Assembly (NCBI GenBank): GCA_965202585.1
Contig: OZ241827.1
Location: forward strand, 45,756,001-45,820,000
Origin: Thalia democratica
Lineage: Eukaryota
Length of the DNA: 64,000 bases
Direction: 5' to 3'
Numbering within the stretch: position 1 is the stretch's first letter; every line of letters begins with the position of its first letter. A program made the position numbers and the translations under genes. Below the pieces are notes generated by a model. The model was given only the letters and a program-made list of their open reading frames with translations, did no database searches and was not told the origin of the DNA. Below are positions 1 to 12,500 of this stretch, one piece after another.

Positions 1-345
1 TATATTTTTTAATTTTCAAAATTCATAAGAAATATTTTTTCTTATAATGTAAGGAACATTTCCTGAAAATTTGAAGAAGATTGCTTGAAAAATGAGGGAG
101 ATAGAATTTTAGTTATTTTTTAAATTTCTGAGAAAATTGACCTGAAAAATTTACAGTCCATACATTTGTATCGGAAACTTTTTACAAACAAATTAAATAT
201 CTCATAAGTTTAATGATATTTTTTAATTGTATAAAACCTGGCTTATAGTTTGTAATTAAAGCTTTCATATAAAAGTTTAAGTTAATCTTTGTAAAAAAAA
301 AAGTGTTTTATAGTTTAAAAGCTCTATATCACAAATCCCTTTGAC
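1..345 (-). mobile_element. Partial copy of the Kolobok-like foldback MITE family
   Basis: Reverse complement of the internal sequence seen at about 11.7-11.9 kb and 18.4-18.6 kb (e.g. tttcctgaaaatttgaag versus ctcaaattttcaggaaa). Ends approximate. Confidence 0.5.
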
Positions 346-1920
346 TGTAAAATTTTTACAATCATCACCAAATTCGTCCACTTAGCTATTAATATGTTTT
401 ACATTTGTTGTACTCCAAAATCAAAAAAGATGCATGATTGTATTTCTGCATATTCAGAATCCATCAATTTACAGTGGACCAAGGCATTTGGTGAAGGATA
501 TGTTCTATCAAAAACCCAATTGAAACAAAACTTGATTTTAGAAGTAAATAATTATTTTTTTAAACTGTATGTGGGGCGATTCCAAAAGAAATCAAAAAAG
601 AAAGGTGTCCTAAGAAACAATATAATTCTATAAAAAAAAAAATTGGAACAACTATCAACTCAGAAAACCTTACCATATTTTTCTTCTATGAATATAGTTT
701 AGTTTAATATTTTTATATTCTTTAACAACAAATTAATTGATAGTTAATATCAACCCAATACCTGGTAAAATGTAAATCTACTATGTGTATGTTATAGCTG
801 TTAGGAAGGTATAAGCTTTTATGTGCCATATACATATAAGTTTATACCCTGTTTTGAGCTAAATCTTGTAAGTAGCATTTATGTGAAGTAAATACAATAA
901 TTAACTGCTAGGAGTTTAAAACTAAAAAGGATTTAATACAGATCTTTTAAACTAAAGAATAAAACATTTAAACAAACTAACAAATTTAGCTTTGATTCAT
1001 TTTTATGTAAAAACTTATAATGTGATGTGAAAATAATAACATATTTAAACCTAATTTAAAAAAAAGTGTTAGAATAAAAAACTACTTTTTAGTAAAAAAA
1101 AATTTTCACTTATTTTAATAAATTTACATGCATTTCCTCTAATCATGGTTGCCACAGATCAAGCTGAGAAAAATTTCTCGACTTTTTCTAAAACAAACTC
1201 TTAATTTAAACCTATTCTAAAATACATAACTATCTAAAGCTTTTAATATTATTTTTATACAGGTTAAAACAACAGTTTTTTGCTAAATTAAATCATCTAA
1301 CTTCCATAACATCACTTAAACCATTTGTGTATGATTGATATATTTTCAATAAACAGTTCTACCAGCAAAATATAGTCAGACTTAGCATAAAAGTTGTAAA
1401 ATAACCTAAAGGTAATTAAATCTAAAAATAAAAAATGTTTATATAAAACATGTGATACTTATATAAATTGTTCACTTAGCTTAATAAAATACTACCTAAA
1501 CCATGTAACATAAAATCCTTAATTTAAAAATAAATTAGAAAAGAATATACTTAAGTAATTGTAAAAAAATAAGTAAAAATGTAAAGTATATACCTGTTAT
1601 ATAAAATATTTCCTGTTATCATTTGGTATAAAAATTGAAACAAATAAATCCACTCTATTTATCAAAAAATAAGATATTCTACAAAAAATTACAATGGAAT
1701 ATACCTCTTTTTTAACTTATTATTCAAGTTTAAACAACTTAAAAAAATTATAAAGAGGTAAAGTATTTACATAAACTTGTTATATAAGATACTTAACTTA
1801 GTGCTTAATTATGAAGAACTTAAATATTTACATAAAAAAAGCACTTTAATTCTAACTCTGCAATATAAACTTTTGTGTATATATCACAGTTACACTGTGG
1901 AAGTTTTTTTTTGCCACAGA

Positions 1921-2222
1921 CGGGGTTGCCAAATTTTTTGTCAAATTTCCTCCAGGTTTTTAAAATTACATGTTTTAGGGTCTATTTTTAGTTTAAAATT
2001 AAGTTTAAGCTAAAAACTGTGCTGAATAGCAGAACAACATGGAAAAGATATCATAAAGATTCTTTAAATAAGTTTTTTAGTAAAAAAATTTTGTGGATGA
2101 CAATTTTTTTTCATCTGTATGATAAATTTTTTGAGTCAAATCAAAATTTTACTACTTAACACATTTCAAAATTGTTAAAAATTTGAGGTTTTTCCAGATT
2201 TTAAGGTTTTTTGGCAACTCTG
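1921..2222 (+). mobile_element. CAGGGTTGCCA-TIR MITE, copy 1
   Basis: Left end CGGGGTTGCCAAA, right end TTTGGCAACTCTG, flanked by the direct repeat CACAGA (6 bp). Internal sequence shared with the other copies. Confidence 0.85.
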
Positions 2223-4778
2223 CACAGATAATCAATACCAAAATGCATACAAATCTGCTTGTTCAAGTAGGGTAGTTGTTTATTACATTAATAGAAAAAT
2301 TTTGCAGTTTTATTAAGGATCTATTATTACATAATACCAGATGAAGGCATTGGAATTAAAATAATTTTTTAAACTTCTAGGAAAATTTTGGAATTTTAGT
2401 CTGACATTAGAATTTTAAATTGATTTTTACCACTTGAAGGCTTTAAAAAATAAGGAATTTTGTAAATTTGAATTGCAAATATCTAACTTTTTCCTAAATT
2501 TTGTTAAATTTCTTGACTTTTCCTGAACTTTTAACAAAAACCCCTACTTTTACCTGACTTTTGTCATTTTTTTAGTTTTTCTGACTTTTTTACTGATTTC
2601 CTGACTTTGTGGCAACCCTGTTTAACAAATATGTCTTATTCTTATACTCTTAGTCAGGTGCTCTCAAAAATCATAATATCTACTAAGTGAAAGTGATTTA
2701 AAATGTATTATATACATATATATATACCATCAACATGCAATTGAAATGACATTACATTAGTAATATCTTTATGGTTAACTGACTCCATACATTTGACATT
2801 CAAAATCAAAGAAACTAAAAATAATAACAGCAGAAGAATTTGCTTTTTATATTAAAAAAAAGTATGAATTTAGAGACAAAATTTGCATATTTTGTGTGAT
2901 TATGACATCATAATATATCAAAAGCAGTTGAAATGTCTTTGAATGCATGCTTATAATTAAAAAAGATCATTTAAGATGTAAATTTAAATCTAAGACATGT
3001 ACAAATAACATTATTACCATTAAAGTATTAAAAGAATATGTGAATTTTGGGGTTCAAATCATTTTTTTAACATTCAATTTTATTTTACAAAATTATTTTT
3101 TTTAATTATTTATAATGAAGCCTTAACATCTAAACCATATGTTTTAATGTGTGCAGCAAACACCACCTAAGTACTCCTTACCCCTAAATAAATACTACAA
3201 TATTTTATCAAAATACTAACATAATTATGTTCATGCATCATGATTCATTTAGTAGTTTTGTATAAACTACATAAGTGTTTATATATGTATATTAAAACAA
3301 ATTCTAGCACAATCATCAATATGTAAAATTTTATACCAAGTTCACAATCTTAAACTTCATAAAAAAATGATCATTTCATTTCAACAGATGAAATTTTCTT
3401 GGCCACAGTATTACTTTAAGTGACATATAATTGAAAAACTTATAATAAAATTTGAAATGAAATCATAATGAAATATCTAGGTTTTGACCCTTCAAGTTTT
3501 AGAATATCTGTAGTTTAATCCAAAACTTAAATACAAACTTCAGGTGATCTAATAATTATCATTTAAATATTTCCAGAAAACTAAACAAAGAAAAAATGTC
3601 ACTATAATAAAATTTTAACATAGTTGAAATAGTGTGATCAGATTTCAGAAAATTTAAAGATCAAGAAGTTTAACTAATCAAAACTCTAAAAAATTGTTTG
3701 CCACTTTTTGACTCAAAAAAAACTGTCATGAGTGACCAAATCTGTCCAAGTCATCCTGAGTTTTTTCAAATCATTACTTAAAAATTTAACTTTCAAATTA
3801 AAAATCAAGTTCTTAATATCATATGGGGGGTAAATTTCTTTTTCACAACTTAATTTTATTTTGTTTAGTTTTAACAAGTAACTTTTTCCAGAATTTTGAT
3901 ATTTTAGGTAAATTTTGAGAGATAACCAGTTTAAGTCCTAGAGTAGGTTTCTTATGGGGAGCGCAAAATTAATTTTTGTTTAAACCCTAGTTATAAATAA
4001 GTTATAAACCCTATTTCACATGTAAAAATATTGTTTAACTTTCCATGTTTTTTAGTAACTTTAATTCAAAATTCCAGGTTTTCTTTTACAAAATTTCTCA
4101 AATTCCAGGTTTGTTTTTAAGATTCCAGGTTTTTTGGCCACCTTGTTGAGGGCTGCCAAAGCTTTTTTGAAATTTTTTCCAGGTGTTCTAAATTTTTTCA
4201 GATCTTTACAAGTACAAATTACTAGCCTAATTTTATAATAAAATTTAAGGTATTAAGTGGTTTTTTATTTGGGTTTTTATAAATATTAAGGCAAATCTGA
4301 ATTGCCCTGGAAATGACATTAAAAGGTATCCAAGTGGTGTACGACTTGATAACAAGGTTTTTAATTGCACCAGGTCCATTGACCAAATATTTTAAGTGCT
4401 CTTTTTTTGTTGTTCAATAAACAATTCAATTTAACTAACAAATTGTAGCAAAAGTATCCAAAAGCTAACTAATTATTTGTAGTTTTGAGAATTTTTCAAG
4501 TACATATATATAATTATTAGGTAAGTATTAAGCATATTTGAATGAATATAAAAGGCTTCTAAAGAATTACTAAGATATTAAACCCATTGTGACTACTATT
4601 TAATAAATTAAATAACATACAATTTACTCAGACCCACCTTGGTTTAATTATAATTTAAATCAACATCAAATAGTTAAAACTTTTATATATTTAGTGGAGG
4701 AATCTTTTAAAACAAACTTGAATATATAAGTTTAGGTAATTGTGTTATATGCAACAAAAAATGTCAAATTAGTATTTT

Positions 4779-5497
4779 CAGGGTTGCCACTGGATTTTAG
4801 CAACTTTTCTCCAGGTTTTAGAAATTTCCTCTGGGTTTTTTAAAGTACTTATTTTTGGGTCAATTTTAAGTTTAAGGTAAAAAGCTGTGTTAAATAGTAT
4901 AAGAACATTAAAAAGATACTGTAAAGCTATTTATAATGCTTACATGACAATTTGAGTTCAGACAATTAAAATTCTTACAATATATTTAAGAGACCATATC
5001 TCAAAAAGTTAAACATATTTAGAAAAAATTATAAGTAGGTATATAGATCTTATTATTATCTACAAGTCATTTTTTTTCTTATTTGCAAAATTTCAAATAT
5101 TAAAAAAAATTCAAAACTATTGTAACTTTATTCTAAAACTTATTTTAGCCATATCACAAAATATTTAAAAGTTTGGAAAAATAAAAAGTAGCTTTTAGAT
5201 ATTAATAAGATCTAAAAACCTTTTTTTAAATATATATTACTTTTCAGGTTGTGGCCCTTTGGCCTTTTAAACATTTATTTTTAAGAATTTGAACTTTTGA
5301 AATTTCAATAGTCATGGATTCAATTTATGTGTTTAAAAAAAAATTTGATAATGACAATTTTTCTTTTATCTAATTGCAAAATTTTTTGTGTCAATTCAAA
5401 ATTTACCTACTTAACATGTAAAAAATTGTTTTAATTTCAGGTTTTATAGTGATTTTTGTTCAAAATTCTAGGTTTTTCCAGGTTTTTGGCAACCTTG
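4779..5497 (+). mobile_element. CAGGGTTGCCA-TIR MITE, copy 2, interrupted by a palindromic MITE at about 4943-5316
   Basis: Termini CAGGGTTGCCA and TGGCAACCTTG. The insert has imperfect inverted ends (catgacaatt...tagtcatg) and recurs at about 50265-50645. Confidence 0.7.
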
Positions 5498-5549
5498 AAT
5501 TAAGTAATATGCATTTTTAACAAACATTGTTTAACAGACAATTTTTTTT

Positions 5550-6728
5550 TCAAAACACTGTTGTAGTTAAGATTTTCTCGTCTACTACCACAGAAAGATG
5601 TAATTTACTTAATAGAGTAGATTTATTAATTTAAGATTCAGATTTGTACATTCTAACATTTTTTTATTTGAACTAAACATTATTATTTAGCTTACAAGAA
5701 TTTTTTAGAAATAATGGGATAATAATTTTCAACACTAGCATAACAGGGTCTTACTAAGTGAAAATATATACTTTACACTTTAAAACACTTTTTTTAATAT
5801 CATCTACTGCTTTAAAAAATCTACACTTTTATCTTTTTTTTTCTATTTTAGTTTTTTTTCCTAAAAGTTTATGTTAAAACAAATAAAATTACCTTTATAT
5901 CTTTGTTTGATTGATAGTATCTAGATTTAATTTTTACTTATCCTAAAAAAATCATATTTTATTCACTTTTATCAAATTAAATAAATGTTGATACATTTTT
6001 TAAAATAATAAAAAACACGATAAATCTTCTTCTTCTTAACATACTTGACAAATTTTGATAAGCTACAGGCAACAAAGTTAGTCAAGCGCTACACTTAAAA
6101 TTAAAACATACTTTTTTGTATTCAGAGTCAGAGTCAGAGCTCTTTGTATTTTGAATTCTAGCAAATCTGCTGCTATGTCTTTCTGAAAACTACTTTCAAT
6201 CAATCGTATATATATATTAATTTAAAAACATTGAATTAGTAATAAAACTTAAAGATAAAATAATTTATTTTACATATGATTCAGCTTTATAAAACGATAT
6301 TACCATATAATATTTTAACATCTAATTCGCATAAAACTTAATGACATTTCTCATTTGTTTGTTGATTTTCTTTAATTTGAATTATTTTAGCATCTCTTAT
6401 AACTATCATAAATTCTAAAACTAAAAGAAATCTCAATTAAAAGTGTATAAATTTTATTCGGGTTACTGAACTAATTTGTGATCTCAAAATTTTTGTTCTA
6501 AAACGGTTTATAAACATACTTCTAAAAATTAAAACTCTAAATAATGTTTTTTTTCAGTATAGATAAAATGTACTTTAAAGGCAAAATTAAAAATATCTTC
6601 AATTACTTTATATAAATCTAATTACACCACACTAACTTCTAACACAACGGTCAAATAAAGATACTGATCGTTTAACTTCTGTGATTAAGTTCAAACTGTT
6701 TAAAAAACTTCTTTTATTACGCCCAGAA
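5550..6728 (-). CDS. Candidate uncharacterised spliced gene (3' part, five small exons)
   Basis: Exons 6637-6728, 6112-6182, 5893-5920, 5696-5753 and 5550-5607 have AG/GT ends and consecutive compatible phases. They give a stop-free SGRNKRSFLNSLNLITEVKRSVSLFDRCVRKRHSSRFARIQNTKSSDSDSEYKKILSIKQRYKVRPCYASVENYYPIISKKFFKLHLSVVVDEKILTTTVF*. No recognised homology and no 5' end found. Confidence 0.4.
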
Positions 6729-8023
6729 CTAAAACTATTAAAAGTAAAAAAGCTACTTAAATTTATTAAGTTAAGTATTTTATACATCATTGTTTTCTAA
6801 TAAATGTTTATTAAGCTTTTATGTATCTTTTTAAAAATTAGTTCATACTGAAAACAGTTGGCAATTATCATAAAAGTAAATAAAATTTAGCGAATCTTGT
6901 TTACAAACTAATGAATAATATTCGTCCTTATTAAAAAGGGTTAGTCATTACTGTATTAAAAAGGTTCGCTTAGTTTTATTTATGACAATTCTTGTTTATG
7001 TTTTGTATGAGCCAGGGGCGTGTTGAAATTGCTTTCCCGTGCGCCCTTTAAAAAAACTGGAATAAACGTAAAAAAATGGATTGAGTATTGTTTTCTTTAA
7101 TTTTTTTTTACTAAGAATACATATCTATATGTTAAGTGTTTGATATCAAGTAAAGTTTAATATTTTTTATAGAACTACGTCAAAAAAAAAACGTAGTATT
7201 ATAAGTTTTTTCGTATAAAAAATGTATAATAATTTGTAATTATGAAAGTTTTAAGAGTTTTTTTATTCAATTTCAGCCAATTAAAAGTAAAAAAAAACTA
7301 TTTTTGAATGATTTACAGCTCTTAAAGTTACGGTTATTGAAAATGTTATTATGTAATATGATTAGGATTATACTTATATATTAATAATTTGCAGAACAAA
7401 ATTAAGTATAAAACATATTTGAATATATTAAGAATCATTTGCATATTTATAAAAAGAGTTCTTTATTAAATTTTATTCAAAAGACTAAATTTTAACTTGT
7501 TTATTTACTACAAGAAGAACATGCTTTGTACGTTTAAGAACCTGGATGTTATAAAAGTTATTTTTAAATATATTCATCTACAAAGTTTTACAACTAAATC
7601 TAGAATTCTTTTTTCAAAATATCTTTAAGTCTTTTCTCAATACATCAACGGACTTTTATTTCAAAGGTCTTTTAATTCAAATTTTTATTAATTTTTTATA
7701 GAAATAAAAAAAATATTTTTACGATAAAATAAAAGTAGATTTGGGTTTGTTGGACTGTTAAAGTATTCTTTTTAGAGTGCACAATTGTATCTTAAAAAAA
7801 AATTCTATGACTAGCACTACAAGCAATACTCAATTTTGGTTGAAAGAACATAAAAGAGGAATTTTACTTGTTTTTTATTGTAATATATTGAAGTTCAAAG
7901 CATAACAAAAACGTTAATGTAAAACCTACAAGACACAGAACTTGCTATCAGTAGAAAAATGTAAATACTATCTAGTTTTTAGTTGAACGAAAACATCGGC
8001 GAAAGTTTACAGAGCCTAAGCCT

Positions 8024-8086
8024 GGACTTTCGTATGCCGTGAGACAAGCGGTTTCGTCCTAATAAGGACGAAACCGGTCTCAGTCC
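8024..8086. other. GC-rich long hairpin with hammerhead-like half motifs on both strands
   Basis: CGGTTTCGTCCT-aata-AGGACGAAACCG is a 12-bp perfect stem, extended by TGAGAC/GTCTCA and GGAC/GTCC. Confidence 0.7.
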
Positions 8087-9581
8087 GAAGACTTGTTGTA
8101 TGATAATCTAATTGATATGATCAAACCTTGATTTTTAGTCATTAATACAATTAACTTGAAGTCTATTTTATTTAAGTTTTTGCCTAGTAACAATTTTTAA
8201 GAGAAAGACCTTTTTTCAAAACAGACTACTGTTAAAGATTGTAAAAAGTAATTTTATTTGAATACGCAATTAAATTTGCATTCTGACGCGTCAGTTTTCA
8301 ACAATAAAATGTTTTTAGAAATTACTTACAATTGTTTAGAAAAAAAACTTGCATTGTGGAAATGTTGAGACGTACTAGTCTAACCACCATGTACTTTATC
8401 CTCAGTCAGCGCAGTCCCAGAAAGGGAAAAAGAATATTTTAAGAAACCGAAAAAGATGAAGATTGAATTCTATTTTTTTATATCTAAAAATATATATATA
8501 TATCTGTATTTTATTTATAACATCACTGTGTCTTTTAAATTTATTATTATCATTTATTTATCTATATGCACAATTATGCATAGCCGATTCCGGGCATTTA
8601 TTATACTCTAACTAACAATTGAATATATCAACTTGTACCAAAGCTGAAAATTGCATACTTTTTGAATCACGAACTTGTTTTTAAAACTATGTTTCACTCA
8701 ATTTATTAGACTAATGAGTTAAAGTTAATTTTCATTACAAGTTAACATATCTCAGTTACATTAAATTTCTATCAACTAATTTAGTAGTTTAATTCATAGT
8801 TGACATAAGCTTTTTTACCAGTGTTAATTAGTTTTTTATTGTGTGTTGAAATATTGCTAGTAAACTTAAGCTAAGCCATAACGTCTCCAATAATTTTTTA
8901 AAGATTTTCTTTGTAACTTTAACTGATTAATCTAGCTAATTGAGCGAAACATTGCTTTATAAACAGAATTGTAAAACAATAAATTGTAAACTTAGTTGTA
9001 TTGTATAACTTAGGGGTAAAGCGTACGGCCCGAATGTAAAAATATACGACTCCTGAAATTTTTATATTATAAACAACTTGTGTAAAACAAACAAAAGTGC
9101 TTAAATTAAATTTAGTGTTTTAAGTTTTATAAAATAATTGTTTTTGAATGTGTAATTTTTTACCAATGTATAGTTACAAGTAGGTCCAGCAAAATACTTT
9201 TCCTAGTATACTTGGTCCCCAACTAGAAAAGCTGTCCAGTCCTACTAAGAATGGCCACTGGTGTTTTACAATTTTCTTCCAAGTTTTACGTTTTTTTCCA
9301 GTTTTTTTGAGAGTTTAAGTTTCCTTGAGTTTTTCTAGTACAGAACTAACGTTACGTTTAGAAAGTTATATAAAAAATGAAAATATACTTGTGTTTTTAT
9401 TTTAACTTTTTTTTAACAAAAAATCTAGCTCGGAGAAAAAGAAGACAAAATTATAAAATTATAAAGGCATAAAAGTTAACTACATACTATAAAAAATTTT
9501 AAGGTAAACCTTATAGGTAAAATTTATTCGTTTATAAAAGCAAGTACTAAAAGTAAGCGTCAAACTTTTTATTTTTAAAAC

Positions 9582-12500
9582 TTAAAATGCTGTTTCGTTA
9601 ATAACAGAAAATCGCTTCGCCAATATTTCCAAGATTTGTAAATGCTGTTCATGATTCTCATTAAACTTGTTTCTCTGATAAAAATATACGAGTATTAAAA
9701 AAATCACAATACAATTTTTAACACTATACTATAAATTACTAAGCATAGAAACTTGCTGAATTTTCTTTTATTAAGCAAAAAAACTTTTGAGCTCATATTA
9801 GTAAGTTAAACTAAGTATCTTTTAAGTTAATGAAAATAAAAATGCTACAAGGCGGTTATTTTTACACTACAGGGTTGCCACTTGTTTTTCAAAAATTTTT
9901 GGTCTATTTTTGGTAGAAAGTTAAGTCTAAGGTAAGAAATTGTGTTAAATAGTATAAAAACATTAAAAAGATAATATGTTTAAATATGTTTTTTAATAAA
10001 AAAATCTTTAATGATGACAAAAATTTATATTTGTATGATAGATTTTTTTGAGTCAAATCGAAATTTTACTACTGAACATCTGAAAATTGTTAAATTCCAG
10101 GTTTTTTTGTTTAAAATTCCAGGTTTTTCCAGTTTTTTTCAAAATTTGTCAAGTTCTAGGTTTTTCCAGGTTATTTTTGCCTAAATTGTCGAATTCCAGG
10201 TTTTTCAAGGTTTCCAGGTAAAGTGGCAACCCTGTACACTAGTGAAAAATGCTACTGAACATTTTATTAAAATCACTTATAATTTTTTACTTTTTATAAT
10301 TTTAAATAATTTACTTTATTTATCAGAAAAGAAAAATGTTCTGAATAATTCATTACTTGATTGACCAATAGGTAAATTCATATATATATATTAAATAGGT
10401 AAATATGCAATAGGAAACTTGTAAATAAAGCTTGAGTAATCCTGGTGTTGATCGATAAAATTTTGGATATTTTTTCACTTCATTTGACTGATAATCCAAA
10501 ACATTTAAAATATTTTTCAATGCGTCTTCACTTATGTCGTTTCCTGTTGACCAAAGTATTTTAAATGAAAAGTTATAATACATATATTAAAAATTTACTT
10601 TTGAGAGTGAATAGTAACGTATAATTTAGAAAAATCAGATTTTTATCGTAAAACTTTTGCAGACATTTTTAAGTTTGTTGACAAAATCTGTAAAGTGTTT
10701 TCATTTAATCAGCAAAACCTTTTTGATTTTTAAACCTGAATAAATGTTGAGTATAAAAATTTGAAATAGTTTAAAACTAGGACTTGAATACAATAAAACA
10801 AAGAGTATATAAGGGGAAATAAGAAAACTAAAAACTATTTGTGGGCGAACCATTATTAAACTACTTACATTTATCTGCTAAAACAAAACAGAGATTTGAG
10901 AAGGTACAAAAAATAAAGGCATTAAGGTCAGTATAAGTACTAAAATAAGTTTAATTTATTCGAAATATTACTACAAAAAAAGATTATGATTGTTCAAGTT
11001 TTCAAACATGGTTTAAAAGTAAAAAAAACTTTTAAATGATTATATACACTAGTTAAAAACAAACTTTAAGATAAATTAAAATTTCTTTTAAGGAACTAAA
11101 AAAAAATTCTTGCATAATATCTTATACTCATATTAAAAATATTTTCTTGAAACACTGATAGTTTATAAATTCGAAGTATAATAAGTAATTAGTACAATAA
11201 TATACATTTGAGTTATTACGTCACTCTTTACTATAGTTAATCATATCAACTTGTACAGGCAAAACAGATTACATGGCCAATTTTTTTTTTAATTCTTTAT
11301 AAATAGATAGGTTTTTATTATTTTTATACCCCAAAAGTACTTAGAAAAAAATATATTACAATTTTATGTGCTAAAACATTTTTTCGGAAACACCATTTAG
11401 TTCAAAAAATTCGATATATGCTTTCACTATATTATCTATATTTTTTTATAGTTGTTTACCACACTTTCATTATTCGGTCGTGTGGTGAAGTTCATTGTTT
11501 TTTATCTATAGTTTCTAATACTTTATTTTAATGAGATCTTTTTAATGTGAATAAGGGGTGTAGATTTGTAAAATAATATTTGAAGAAATTAACTTCGATA
11601 AAACTGTTGAGGACGTAGGGGTAACAACATTTTTTTACAAAATTTAACATTAAAAAATAAACTATAATTAGCTAAAAAATATAAATTATAATTAACTTTT
11701 GAGATATAGATATTTTTGTAAAAAGCTTCAGATACAAACGTATAGACCGAAATTTTTTCATGATAAATTTTCTACGACATTTAATACTTTACCAAACATC
11801 TATCTTCTCCTTTTTTTTAAAGCTAGAAACCTCCAAATTTCACGAAACAACATTCCTCACATAGTTTAAAAGAATTTGATTGTTAGAATTTTAAAATACT
11901 AAAAAATAAAATTTTCAGATAAAAAACCAAAAAAAATGTTTTTTTCTAATAAAATATTTATTTTAAAATTAAAAAACAAAATTCTAAATAAAAAAGATTA
12001 AAGTATTAGTAATTGACTTACAGTAAATTTCTTTTTGAAAAATAGTTAAACATGGAAGAAAATTTATATTTTTAGTGAGTTGTGTTTTTTGTGCTTTTGG
12101 TTTGCGCCTTCCATAAGGAACCTATTGAGCTAACTGACTTTGATCGCTTATACATCTGAATTTACATTGAATTTTGTTATGGAGCTAAAAATTCCGATAG
12201 CTTTGATAAAACTGCACAAAATTAGATCAATTTGTAAAATACAAACAAAGTGGACCCCCATATGCCCTCAAACGTAAAAAATGCATAGTTATAAGAAAAT
12301 TTAATAGATACTGCTACATTTTCAATAAAATGAGGCTAGAATAAAAAAGCAACTTTTTAAATTAAAATACATACACGGATAGAATTCACATAGGGATTGG
12401 GTAGAAATTTATCATACTACTTAGTACACATATTCTAAAAAGAAAACATCGTTACTTTAAAGAGTTTATAAAGAAAAACAAGTACATTATCATTATAACA

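Noticed and set aside
1125-1200. LIMVATDQAEKNFSTF resembles the hAT dimerisation motif (T..AERSFS)
   Set aside because: Too short and divergent, with no supporting transposase sequence around it.
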